Positions 29,161 to 40,264 of a stretch of DNA of 64,000 bases are shown here, piece by piece. Position 1 is the stretch's first letter, and each line of letters begins with the position of its first letter. Both the position numbers and the translations under genes were made by a program. This stretch comes from Myxococcota bacterium. GTDB lineage: Bacteria > Myxococcota_A > Polyangia > Polyangiales > Sandaracinaceae. The DNA lies in contig JAYZQJ010000279.1 of NCBI GenBank assembly GCA_036149055.1, forward strand, positions 32,638 to 96,637. Direction: 5' to 3'. Under the pieces are notes generated by a model, which saw only the letters and a program-made list of their open reading frames with translations, was not told the DNA's origin and did not search any database.

Positions 29161-31484
29161 TGACCCGGCTCGCGGTCTGGCGGCGCTCGCTCTTCGCGCG
29201 GGTCGCCCTCGTCGTGACCGCGGCCGGCCTGGTGGCGATCGCGGTGGCGACCTGCACCATCGTGCTGCTGGTCCGGCAGCACGAGGAGGCCACCCTGGTC
29301 GACGCCGCGGTCGAGGGCGCGGTCCGGCGCCGCGACGAGGTGCAGCAGCGGGTGGAGCTCGCCCGGGCGCAGCTGCGCGCGGTGGCGTTCGCGGTCCAGG
29401 CGGGGCGGCTGCTCGACGTGCCCGCGACCGCGGAGAACACGGCCGAGGCCATCCTGGCGTATCGCGACGGCCAGGAGATCCTGGAGGCCGCCGCGACCGA
29501 GGCCGCCGCCGCGCGCCTCCGCGCCGCGATCGGGCCAGGCGAGACGGACACCGTCTTCGACGGGGACGCGGTGGTGGTGACCGAGCGGGTGGGCGGCGTC
29601 GAGGCCTACGCCCTGGTCGCCCTCGAGCCCGCGCTGGTCGGCCCGGCGGGCTGGCGGGTCGAGCTGGTCGATCACGTGGACACCACGAGCGGCGGCGTCG
29701 TCGCGCGCACCGAGGCCAGCCGGGTGCACGCGGTCGCGCCGATCCAGGGTGGCCGCGCGGTCCGGGTCGACGCCCCGCTCGGGCCCGCCCGGGCCGCCGC
29801 CTACGCGATCACGCGGCGCATGGCGCTCTGGACGTCGCTCGCCGTCTTGCCCCTCCTGTTCCTCGCGTGGCTCTTCTCGCGGGCGGTCACGCGGCCCGTG
29901 CGGCAGCTGGCCCGCGCGGTGAGAGAGGCGGACGGCCCGGTGCCGCTGCCCGACTTGCCGGAGGACGAGATCGGCGATCTGGGCGTCGCGATCGGCGCGA
30001 TGAGCGAGCGCCTCCACGCGGACGCGCGCGCGCTCCGCAACGCGGTGCGGTTCAGCCGGCAGGCCGAGGTCGACGACGGCCCGGCGCGCGTGCTGAGCGA
30101 GCTGCGCATGGCGCTCGAGGGCGCGGCCGCCCGCTGGATCGTGGCCCCGAGCCCCGAGCACGCGGCGCTGCTCGAGCGCCACGGCACCACGCCCGCGCTC
30201 CTGGCGAAGCGGGCCGGCGAGGCCTGCGAGGCGACGCCGCTGATGGACGACGCGGTCGCCATCCCCCTGCACGACGGCGAGCGCGACCACGGCGTCGTGC
30301 TCAGCGCCGACGCGGTGGACGAGCCGTCGATCCGCTTCGCCGAGCTGCTCGCGCGGACCGCGGTCGTCCGGCTGCGCAACGCGGCGCTCGCGCGACAGGC
30401 GATGGTCGGCGAGAAGCTCGGGCTGCTCGGCCGGCTCTCGGCGGGCGTGGCGCACGAGATGAACACCCCGCTCGCCTTCATCAAGGCCAACCTCCTGGCC
30501 CTCGAGGACGAGCTCGAGGGAGACGCGCGCTCCAGCGTCACCGACGCCCGCCTCGGCGTCGAGCGGCTGGTCCGCATCGTGCGCGATCTGTCCGCGATCA
30601 GCGTGGGCGGCAGCGCGGTCTCCAGCGAGGTGGTCGACCTGACCAAGCTCTGCCGCGACATGGTCCGGATGGCGCGCGCCCGGCGCCCCAACGGCACCAT
30701 CGACGTGGTCAGCGAAGGCGACGTGCGGGTGGAGTGCGACCGGGGCCGCATCGAGCAGGTGGTGCTCAACCTGGTGAACAACGCGCTCGACGCGGTGGGC
30801 GACGAGGGCCACGTCGAGGTCCACGTGGCCAAGCTCGGCGGCAAGGTCTTGCTCGAGGTGCGCGACGACGGCCCGGGCATCCCGAAGGACGTGCGCGACA
30901 AGCTCTTCGAGGCCTTCTACACGACCAAGGGTCAGGGCGGCACCGGGCTCGGGCTCTACCTCTCGCGCTCCTTCGTCGAGGCGCACGGGGGCGAGCTCTC
31001 CATCCCCGAGACCGGCGCGACGGGCACGACCTTCCGGGTCCGGCTCCCGGCCGCGATCGAGCCGAAGGAGCGCGAGTCGACCCCGCCGGCGCTCGCCTCG
31101 GTCCACGGCGCGCCGCGGCCCCGGACCGGGAAGCCGCGGGTCCTGGTGGTGGACGACGAGGCGGCGGTGGTGCGCGCGATGAAGCGCTGGCTGAAGCGGC
31201 GCGCGGACGTGACCGGCACCACCGATCCGCACGAGGCGCTCCGGCTGCTCGAGAGGGAGCGCTACGAGCTGGTGCTCTGCGACATGAACATGCCCGAGAT
31301 GAGCGGGCGCGAGCTGGCCGACGCGCTGCGCGAGCGGGATCCGGCGCTGGCGGATCGGGTCGTGATCGTGACCGGATCGAGCGGGACGCCGCCGCCCGAG
31401 CTGCGGGTGGTGCGCAAGCCGCTCGACGCCGAGGTGCTCGATCAGCTGCTGGGGGCCACCGCGCCGGCGAGGGGGGCCGCGTGA
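29157..31484 (+). CDS. Hybrid sensor histidine kinase (TM-HAMP-HisKA-HATPase-REC)
   Basis: DEIGDL HAMP, AGVAHEMNTPL, NLVNNA, DDGPGI, GTGLGL, VLVVDDE, CDMNMP. Confidence 0.92.
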   Translation: MMTRLAVWRRSLFARVALVVTAAGLVAIAVATCTIVLLVRQHEEATLVDAAVEGAVRRRDEVQQRVELARAQLRAVAFAVQAGRLLDVPATAENTAEAILAYRDGQEILEAAATEAAAARLRAAIGPGETDTVFDGDAVVVTERVGGVEAYALVALEPALVGPAGWRVELVDHVDTTSGGVVARTEASRVHAVAPIQGGRAVRVDAPLGPARAAAYAITRRMALWTSLAVLPLLFLAWLFSRAVTRPVRQLARAVREADGPVPLPDLPEDEIGDLGVAIGAMSERLHADARALRNAVRFSRQAEVDDGPARVLSELRMALEGAAARWIVAPSPEHAALLERHGTTPALLAKRAGEACEATPLMDDAVAIPLHDGERDHGVVLSADAVDEPSIRFAELLARTAVVRLRNAALARQAMVGEKLGLLGRLSAGVAHEMNTPLAFIKANLLALEDELEGDARSSVTDARLGVERLVRIVRDLSAISVGGSAVSSEVVDLTKLCRDMVRMARARRPNGTIDVVSEGDVRVECDRGRIEQVVLNLVNNALDAVGDEGHVEVHVAKLGGKVLLEVRDDGPGIPKDVRDKLFEAFYTTKGQGGTGLGLYLSRSFVEAHGGELSIPETGATGTTFRVRLPAAIEPKERESTPPALASVHGAPRPRTGKPRVLVVDDEAAVVRAMKRWLKRRADVTGTTDPHEALRLLERERYELVLCDMNMPEMSGRELADALRERDPALADRVVIVTGSSGTPPPELRVVRKPLDAEVLDQLLGATAPARGAA

Positions 31485-33172
31485 GACACCTTCTGATGGT
31501 CGCGCTCGCCTTCGTCGGCTGCGCCGAGCCGGACTTCGTGCTGTCGCCCGCGGTGGTGGAGGTCGACGAGGTGACCGAGCGCGTCTACGCGCTCCAGGGC
31601 CTCCACCCCACCGACTACCTCGACGCCAGGAGCGAGCTCCAGCTCCGCGCCGGGCTCGAGGTCTGGATCGGAGGCCAGCGCGCGACGATCGTGCGGGCCG
31701 ACGGCCAGGGCCTGTCGGTCCGGCTGGAGGCGCCGCTGGCGCCGGGTCATCACGACGCCGCGCTCCGCGGCCCGGTGGCGCTGGAGAGCCCGCGCGCGCT
31801 CGAGGTGGTGAGCCCGCCCGCGCCGGACGCCGCCTGGGACGCCACCGCGGGAGACGCCGGCGACGCGAGCGTGCTCGACTCCAGCGTCGACGCGGGTGTC
31901 GATGCGGGCGCGGATTCGGGTGTCGACTCCGGTCTCGACGCGGGCGTCGACGCGGGCGTCGATTCGGGTGTCGATTCGGGCGTCGATTCGGGTGCCGACT
32001 CCGGTCTCGACGCGGGCGTCGACGCGGGCGTCGACGGGGGCCTCGACTCCGGCCTCGACTCGGGGCTCGACGCTGGCCCGGTGGACTCCGGCGTCGACGC
32101 CGGACCGGTCGACTCCGGTCTCGACTCCGGCCCCGCGGACTCGGGGGTCGACGCGGGGGCGCCGCCGGCGACGCGGGCCCTCGCGGCGGGCAAGGACCAC
32201 ACCGCGCACGTCCGGGGCGACGGCACGCTCTGGGTCTGGGGGGACAACGCGAGCGGTCAGCTCGGGCTGGGCGACACCGTCGACCGCCTCGTGCCCACCC
32301 GGGTCGGCGCCGCCTCCGACTGGGCGACGGTGACCGCGGGCGACCGGGTCACCTGCGCGGTGACCACCGGCGCGGCGCTGTACTGCGCGGGCAAGAACAC
32401 CGACGGCCAGCTGGGGGTCGGCGACACCGCCGATCGCGACGTGCTCACCCGGGTCGATCCGGGCCGGAACTGGGCCGACGTCAGCTGCGGCGCGAGCCAC
32501 TGTTGCGGGCTCGACGCGATCGGCGTCGCCTACTGCTGGGGCAAGGGCGACGCGGGCCGGCTCGGGCTCGGCGACGCCATGGATCGCTCGGTCCCCACCG
32601 CGCTCCCGGGCCGATGGCTGCACCTCGCGGCCGGGCACACCGACACCTGCGGCGTCCGCACCGACGGCTCCCTCTGGTGCTGGGGCGACGGCCCCCTCGC
32701 GCCGACGCGGATGGGCTCGACGATGGGCTGGGTCGCGCTCGGGGCGGGGCAAGGCTTCCGCTGCGCGGTGCAGACCGCGGGCACGCTCTGGTGCTGGGGC
32801 GAGAACGGTCAGGGCCAGCTCGGGATCGGCGGCACCGCGAGCACGATGACGCCGACCCAGGTCGGCGCGCGCACCGACTGGGGCGCGATCACGACCGGCA
32901 CCCAGCACGCGTGCGGCGTCACCTCGGACCGGCGCGTCCGCTGCTGGGGCAAGGGCTCGCAGGGCCGCACCGGGCTCGGGCACACCGGCGACCGGGACAC
33001 GCCGCAGCTGCTGGCGACGCCGATGGCGGCGCGCCGGGTCGCCGCGGGCGAGCAGCACACCTGCGCCGTCGACTACGCCGAGCAGGTGTGGTGCTGGGGG
33101 CAGGGCGCGAGCGGTCGGCTCGGCCTCGGGAGCGACACCAGCGACCGGCGCGAGCCTACGCCGTTGCCGTGA
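31481..33172 (+). CDS. RCC1-like beta-propeller lipoprotein with D(A/S)G(V/L) linker
   Basis: GTGA overlap; FVGC lipobox; repeated W(C)WG.N..GQLG and AG..HTC. Confidence 0.88.
   Translation: MRHLLMVALAFVGCAEPDFVLSPAVVEVDEVTERVYALQGLHPTDYLDARSELQLRAGLEVWIGGQRATIVRADGQGLSVRLEAPLAPGHHDAALRGPVALESPRALEVVSPPAPDAAWDATAGDAGDASVLDSSVDAGVDAGADSGVDSGLDAGVDAGVDSGVDSGVDSGADSGLDAGVDAGVDGGLDSGLDSGLDAGPVDSGVDAGPVDSGLDSGPADSGVDAGAPPATRALAAGKDHTAHVRGDGTLWVWGDNASGQLGLGDTVDRLVPTRVGAASDWATVTAGDRVTCAVTTGAALYCAGKNTDGQLGVGDTADRDVLTRVDPGRNWADVSCGASHCCGLDAIGVAYCWGKGDAGRLGLGDAMDRSVPTALPGRWLHLAAGHTDTCGVRTDGSLWCWGDGPLAPTRMGSTMGWVALGAGQGFRCAVQTAGTLWCWGENGQGQLGIGGTASTMTPTQVGARTDWGAITTGTQHACGVTSDRRVRCWGKGSQGRTGLGHTGDRDTPQLLATPMAARRVAAGEQHTCAVDYAEQVWCWGQGASGRLGLGSDTSDRREPTPLP
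31875..32160 (+). repeat. 12-bp coding repeat (DAGV/DSGV/DSGL)
   Basis: GACGCGGGCGTC, GATTCGGGTGTC and GACTCCGGTCTC, about 20 units. Confidence 0.9.
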
Positions 33173-33242
33173 GGCCGGAGCGCTCGAGGGCGCGTCGACG
33201 CTGGGGTCGCGGCCCATGAAGTCGCGGAAGAGCGCGTGGATC
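33156..33242. repeat. Left copy of the duplicated prlC 3' end (att-like direct repeat)
   Basis: Matches 35986-36075 apart from one substitution (T33165 vs C35995), loss of A36020 and loss of a CC near the end. Confidence 0.92.
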
Positions 33243-33247
33243 TACGC

Positions 33248-34012
33248 TCACGCCACCGGCGGGTCGTCCGGAGCCGGGTCGTTCGGCGCTGCCGGGTCGA
33301 CGGGCTTCGCGCCGCGGCGCTCGGCGGCGCGCTCGGCCTCGCGGATGCGGCCGAGGATGGGGCCCTCGTCGACGCCGAGCATCTGGAGGACGTGGGAGAG
33401 CGCGTTGACGACCCGGATCCACTCGTACCGCGCCTGGTGCGTGCGGGCGACCTTCTCGCCCTCCTCGCCCAGCTCGGCCCGACGCTTCACGAGGGCGCCG
33501 AGCTGGGTCGCGACCTCCTGGAGCTCGCCGTAGACGTCGCGCAGCTCGCGGCCGTCGTGGATCGGCATGCCTCGGAGCAGGCTCTCGACCGGCTCGTCCA
33601 TGCGCGCCTCCCGGAGCTCCGCCTCGCCGGCCTGCTCGACGTACGAGCGGCGGACGACCCTCAGGCCGTCGGGGAAGAGCACGGCGCGGGCTCGGCGGAG
33701 CGCGTCGTGGGTGTCGCGCCCGTCGTCAGCCACCTCGGCGAGCGTGATCTCGCTCGTGAGCCGCCCCTCGAGGGCCCGCACCAGCCCGTCGTGCCGGAGG
33801 TCGAGCTGCGTGATCTCCTCGGTCAGCTCGGCGATCTCGCTGTCGTTCGGCGGCTGCGCGGCCACCAGGCCCTCGTGGGCCGCCTGCAGCCTGGCCACCA
33901 GGATGGCGGCCTCCGGGTGCGTCTCCAGCGCAGCCCGTTGGGGGCTCGTCTCGGACAACAGGTCCCCCGAGAACTTCACCATCTCCTGTACCGAGAGCCT
34001 CTTCAGCGCCAT
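33248..34012 (-). CDS. Uncharacterised all-helical protein (254 aa, LFPDGL..SY.E.AG motif)
   Basis: Strong SD GAAGGAGG just upstream of ATG 34012, high GC3, amphipathic helices, Pro/Asp tail. Confidence 0.85.
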   Translation of the reverse strand: MALKRLSVQEMVKFSGDLLSETSPQRAALETHPEAAILVARLQAAHEGLVAAQPPNDSEIAELTEEITQLDLRHDGLVRALEGRLTSEITLAEVADDGRDTHDALRRARAVLFPDGLRVVRRSYVEQAGEAELREARMDEPVESLLRGMPIHDGRELRDVYGELQEVATQLGALVKRRAELGEEGEKVARTHQARYEWIRVVNALSHVLQMLGVDEGPILGRIREAERAAERRGAKPVDPAAPNDPAPDDPPVA

Positions 34013-34124
34013 GGCGCCCTCCTTCGCAGGCCCGCCCTTCGTGTCCCCCCATGGTCCACGCCATCGCGAGCTCGTCAAACTGACGCTATAGCAAACATCG
34101 TAGCAGCGCAAGCCGACGTGCTGC

Positions 34125-34515
34125 ACGGAGCCGCCGTGAAGGTCGACACCGAGCGGGACGAGCCCCTTCGCGAAGGCCGATCGAGTCACCCGAACCAGCT
34201 CGGACGCCTTCGCGAAGGTCGACTCGGGAGCGCAAACCTCCTCGGAGGCTTCGCGAAGGGCCACTCGGCAGCTCCAACCACCTCGGACGCCTTCGCGAGG
34301 GTCGACTCGGTCGCTCGCACCACTTCGGACGCCTTTGCGAAGGCCTCTCGGCCATTCCGAACCACCTGGGACGCCTCCGCGAAGGTCGACTCGGTAGCTC
34401 GAACCATCTCGGAGGCTTCGCGAACGCCCCTCGGGTAGATCGAGACCACTTCGAGGCCTCCGCGAAGGCGGGATCGGGGGTTCGAGACCCTCCGGAGGCT
34501 TCGCGAAGCCGGTTC
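34125..34515. repeat. Degenerate 41-42-bp tandem array, 9-10 units, palindromic core CCTTCGCGAAGG
   Basis: Core 8-mers at 34167, 34209, 34250, 34292, 34334, 34376, 34417, 34459 and 34500, plus a degenerate one at 34133. Confidence 0.92.
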
Positions 34516-34756
34516 CGTGGTCGAAGCTTCTCCGCAGGGCCCGAGCCCGCGCCGGCTCCTCGGTCCGCAACCCGATACCGAGCATGGTTTCGACTACGGT
34601 CTGGACCAGAGCGGTCCGTTGTCATGGGCTGATCGGGGCGCTTACACTGAAGCCGGTGCAGTGCTTCTGGTCCACGGTAAGGAATCCTGTTCGGGTTTAC
34701 GACACGCGCGAGGAGTGTCGCGGGTTGGGGTACGAGTGCGACTACGGCACTACGAC

Positions 34757-35737
34757 TTGCGCCGAGTGGGGCTGCTGTGGCTGACGGCCGTCCTCTTTGG
34801 GACGTTCGCCGGTTGCGCTCGCGGGCCAGCGCTCATCGAGACCGGGGACCCGCAACCCACTCCAGCCGAACAGCGCTCCTCCGCAGCGGTCGACTCTGCT
34901 GATGAGTCTGTTGCTAGAGTCCTACTTCGCGCAGGTGCGTCGTTGGCTCCAACGGAGTCGGAGATTGGCCTGGTTCACTGCGCGCAGGCAGCCTACTGTG
35001 CGCCGACGGCTGGCGAGGACGGCTGGGAGCGGGCACAGCATATCTGTCGCCTGAATCCGCTTGCCAGCCGTGGGGGAGGCGAGCTCAATCGAGAGAACCT
35101 TCGACGCTGTGTAAACCTCCTCGCGACGACTCCATGCGACGCTATGCGCGACCAGGGTTTGGCCTACCTGTACTGCGCCCATGTGCGACAAGAGAACGTG
35201 CTCTGCGAGCCGTGCCCTCCCGGATCCGCGTTCCCTGGTCACGGGGACCGGCCGTGTCGCTGCCACCCGTTTCCCCAGGAGGGAGAGGGTTGTCTGGTGG
35301 CCGCCCCTTGGGCCGCCAGGTACTGTGCGGCAGGACTCGTGTGTGCGGCAGAGCCTCTCCGCTGCGTCCCGGGGCAAGCTCGCGGGGATTCGTGCGATCA
35401 GGATCGGCCCTGCCTACCGGGGCTGTACTGTCTCGATCGAGTCTGCAGGCACTTCCCGCCGTCGGTCGGTCGGACGTGCGACGTGCACTGTGGTGGAGGA
35501 CGAGAGTGTACGTCTCTGGATGATGCCGCTCGCTGTGTGTCGTGGGCTCAGCCGGGCGACTCCTGTGACTCTGGCTGTCAAGTACTCTCTCCTGACTGCG
35601 TGCCATGTGCGCAAGGCACCAGATGCGTCGGGGGGCGGTGCAGGGAGATGGTCGTTCCCGGGGCGGAGTGTGGCCCTGGGGTCACCTGTGTTCCTGGATA
35701 CCGGTGCATCGATGGGCACTGTCGGGTCTCGGGGTAG
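34757..35737 (+). CDS. Cys-rich lipoprotein with atypical codon usage
   Basis: TTG start gives MRRVGLLWLTAVLFGTFAGC (lipobox); G..C....C..GL.C....C repeats; many A/T-ending codons. Confidence 0.7.
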   Translation: MRRVGLLWLTAVLFGTFAGCARGPALIETGDPQPTPAEQRSSAAVDSADESVARVLLRAGASLAPTESEIGLVHCAQAAYCAPTAGEDGWERAQHICRLNPLASRGGGELNRENLRRCVNLLATTPCDAMRDQGLAYLYCAHVRQENVLCEPCPPGSAFPGHGDRPCRCHPFPQEGEGCLVAAPWAARYCAAGLVCAAEPLRCVPGQARGDSCDQDRPCLPGLYCLDRVCRHFPPSVGRTCDVHCGGGRECTSLDDAARCVSWAQPGDSCDSGCQVLSPDCVPCAQGTRCVGGRCREMVVPGAECGPGVTCVPGYRCIDGHCRVSG

Positions 35738-35951
35738 CACCAGTTGTGTGCGCGCCCGCTCGCACTACGATGGCGTGACCGTGCGAGGCTGCCCAGGCTG
35801 AGGGAGGCCGCCCCGCTGTCTCTCCCGGTCCGGGCCGGGTGCCGAGCCAGACCGATGCCCTGTGCCAGTGGGCCGATCGTGTCCCGCGACGCTCCCGCGC
35901 CTCCGGTTCCCCAGTCGATGTTGCGCGACTGGTGCGGAAGAAGTCCTACGC

Positions 35952-35982
35952 GACGGCCGCGGGTTTGGTGCGCGCGGCCGTC
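35952..35982 (-). terminator. Hairpin immediately after the prlC stop
   Basis: 10-bp stem GACGGCCGCG / CGCGGCCGTC with an 11-nt loop, 3 nt from the stop. Confidence 0.55.
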
Positions 35983-35985
35983 CCT

Positions 35986-38031
<2,046 letters not shown>

Positions 38032-38057
38032 GGCAGGCGATATAACAGCTCGTCACG

Positions 38058-38714
38058 ATGCGGGCGATGCCGCTGATGATGCCTGGGCTCGAAGCGCTGT
38101 CGGCGCCACGCCGCGTGCTGGTCCGGAGCGTCGGCGGCCCGGAGGGGCTGATGGCCTCGACCCCGCTCGCCCTCGCCCTCGAGGCCGCCGGGCACGACGT
38201 GCGGCTCGGCGCGGAGGGGCCCTCGGACTGGGCGACCTACGTGAACGAGTGGTACGCGGAGCAGGCCCGCGACACCCGCGTGGTCGAGACGGCGGAGGGG
38301 TCCGAGCTCACGATCGCCTGCGGCGGCGCCGACGCCCTCGACGCGGAGACCGAGGCGGATCTGATCGCGGTCACCGCGCTCGGCGCGGAGGCGGCGTTCG
38401 GCGTCGACCCGGGCCACGCCGAGGCGCGCATCGCCGAGATCGCGTCGATGGGCGGGCTGCTGCACGTCGAGGCGATCGCGCGCTTCGAGGTGCCGGGCCG
38501 CCACTTCATCGAGCTGGTCGAGCACGTGCACCACCGGGCCGGCCCCGAGCACCAGAGCGTGCTCGCCGACAGCCTCCGGGCCGCGCTCTTCGGCCGCGTG
38601 GGCGACGTGCCGGTCAGCCTGGCCACCCGCGAGCGGCCGCCCCGGCTCTCTCCGCGCACGACCCTGATCTGGTTCCTCGACCCCGCCGAGGCCGGTCGCG
38701 CTCGGCGCGGCTAG
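38058..38714 (+). CDS. Hypothetical protein, possibly DUF1152-related
   Basis: High GC3; the G.GVD..H / RIAEI...GGLL / SV....L.AA..G pattern is recalled from that family. Confidence 0.5.
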   Translation: MRAMPLMMPGLEALSAPRRVLVRSVGGPEGLMASTPLALALEAAGHDVRLGAEGPSDWATYVNEWYAEQARDTRVVETAEGSELTIACGGADALDAETEADLIAVTALGAEAAFGVDPGHAEARIAEIASMGGLLHVEAIARFEVPGRHFIELVEHVHHRAGPEHQSVLADSLRAALFGRVGDVPVSLATRERPPRLSPRTTLIWFLDPAEAGRARRG

Positions 38715-38720
38715 CTCGAT

Positions 38721-40184
38721 TCACAGGGTCCCGTAGAGCGTCACCGCGCCCCCGCCTTCGATCGGCCCGAGGCCGAGGCGAACCGGCGGCGGCTCGGGCG
38801 TGGGGTCGTCGGTCATGCCCTCGGTCAGGAACCAGAGCAGCGTCCAGCCGGCGATCGCGCCCGCGGCGGCGCCGATCCCGAACGCCCACACGTCGGCCCC
38901 GCCCCGGAACTGGTCGACGTAGTAGCCGAGGAGCACCAGCCCCGCCCCGGCGCCCCCGCCGGCGACGAAGCCGAGGTCGAGGAACATCGTGCGCCGCCGC
39001 GGCAACGTCTGGCCGGCGGCGACCAGGCCGAGGCCGAGCAGGATGCCTGCGTCGAGGCCCACGAGCGAGAGCGCGAGCCCGGCGGTCGGGTCGGCGTAGT
39101 CGGTCATCATCGCGGCGAAGGTCGAAAGCCCGCCGAGCCAGATGCCCAGCGACTCGACGAAGCGCTCCTCGGCGACGCTCGGCTCGAGCCCGAGGCCGAC
39201 CGCGAGCCCGGTCGCGAGGCCCACCGCGCCGCCGCCCCAGATCAGGCTGAAGGCGCCGACGTCGTCGATGCCGCCCTGCAGCGCCGCGAGGCCGACGACG
39301 AGCGCGCCGTTGGCGAAGCCGAACCGGATCGAGCTCGAGATCGTCGGCGGCACCCCGGTCCGGAGCGCGTTCGAGAGGTGGAGGCCGAGCACGCCGACCG
39401 CCATCAGGCCGCCGCCCGCGACCGAGGCCACGACGTAGGTGGACGAGGAGGCGGTTCCGTCGGACGCGACGTGGGTGAGCCAGGCGCCGGTCACCGCCCC
39501 GAAGGCCGAGCTGGTGATGTAGAGCTCCGCCCACTCGCCCCCGCCGGCCAGGCTGGGGTCGCGGGCCGGGCGCTGCGGCGGCGCCGTGGCGTAGCCGTAG
39601 GGCGGCGCGGTCGGGGCCGGGGCGCCCCCCACGCTCGCGCGGAGCTGCTCGGCGCGCTGCCGGAGCGGCCCCGGCGGCAGGGCCCGGAGCGCGAAGTCGA
39701 GGCGCGGCGCGGCGAAGGCCGGCTGACCGGCGCGCAGGTCGAGCTCGGCCTGGGCGACCAGCGGGCTGAACACCTCCTCGATCGACGGCGCGGCCACCCC
39801 CACCGGGAGGCTGGGCTCGACGCGGATCAGGAGCCCCTCGGCCCGGATGCGGAGCGGGGCGCCGGGAGGGAGGGCGCGGGCGACGACGGTGGCGCGGGCG
39901 TGCGCGAGGGTGAGGCGGCCCGCCGCCAGATCGGTCTCGGCGGCGAAGAGCAGGGGCGCCAGGGTGTCCTCGAGCGGCGAGCTGGCCGGCGGCGCCACCG
40001 GCGAGTCCAGCCCCAGGGTGCCGGCCGGGGAGGCGGGCGGAGGCGCGTCCGCGGGCGGCGCCTCGGCGGGGGCCTCGGCCGGGGGCGGGGGCGGCGGCAC
40101 GACGAGCGGCCCGTCGTCCTGGGCGCGCGCGAGGCTCGCTGCCCCGAGGAGAGCGGCGAGCAAGACCGACGAGACGAAGCGCAT
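38721..40184 (-). CDS. Exported/membrane hypothetical protein
   Basis: Signal peptide, Pro-rich linker, Gly-rich hydrophobic helices, C-terminal beta-strand. Confidence 0.7.
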   Translation of the reverse strand: MRFVSSVLLAALLGAASLARAQDDGPLVVPPPPPPAEAPAEAPPADAPPPASPAGTLGLDSPVAPPASSPLEDTLAPLLFAAETDLAAGRLTLAHARATVVARALPPGAPLRIRAEGLLIRVEPSLPVGVAAPSIEEVFSPLVAQAELDLRAGQPAFAAPRLDFALRALPPGPLRQRAEQLRASVGGAPAPTAPPYGYATAPPQRPARDPSLAGGGEWAELYITSSAFGAVTGAWLTHVASDGTASSSTYVVASVAGGGLMAVGVLGLHLSNALRTGVPPTISSSIRFGFANGALVVGLAALQGGIDDVGAFSLIWGGGAVGLATGLAVGLGLEPSVAEERFVESLGIWLGGLSTFAAMMTDYADPTAGLALSLVGLDAGILLGLGLVAAGQTLPRRRTMFLDLGFVAGGGAGAGLVLLGYYVDQFRGGADVWAFGIGAAAGAIAGWTLLWFLTEGMTDDPTPEPPPVRLGLGPIEGGGAVTLYGTL

Positions 40185-40264
40185 CGCCGGGGAGTCTACC
40201 GTCCCCGAGCGGCGAGCGCGCGGCCCCTTGGGTCGGGCGGATCGGTGCGCTATGTGGACCCACC

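Noticed and set aside
31875..32160. 12-bp repeat as a regulatory or novel array
   Set aside because: It stays in frame and encodes the DAG/DSG linker typical of myxobacterial lipoproteins.
33156..33422. 88-aa minus ORF ending ...ERSGLTATA
   Set aside because: It is a by-product of the frameshifted duplicate of the prlC 3' end and overlaps the real 33248-34012 gene.
34125..34515. CRISPR array
   Set aside because: Units are similar along their whole length, there are no unique 30-40-nt spacers, the repeats are degenerate, and no cas genes are in the window.
33248..34585. 445-aa ORF spanning the repeat array
   Set aside because: A strong SD and codon bias begin at ATG 34012. The upstream extension changes repeat phase at each 41-bp unit, and open frames are expected by chance at this GC.
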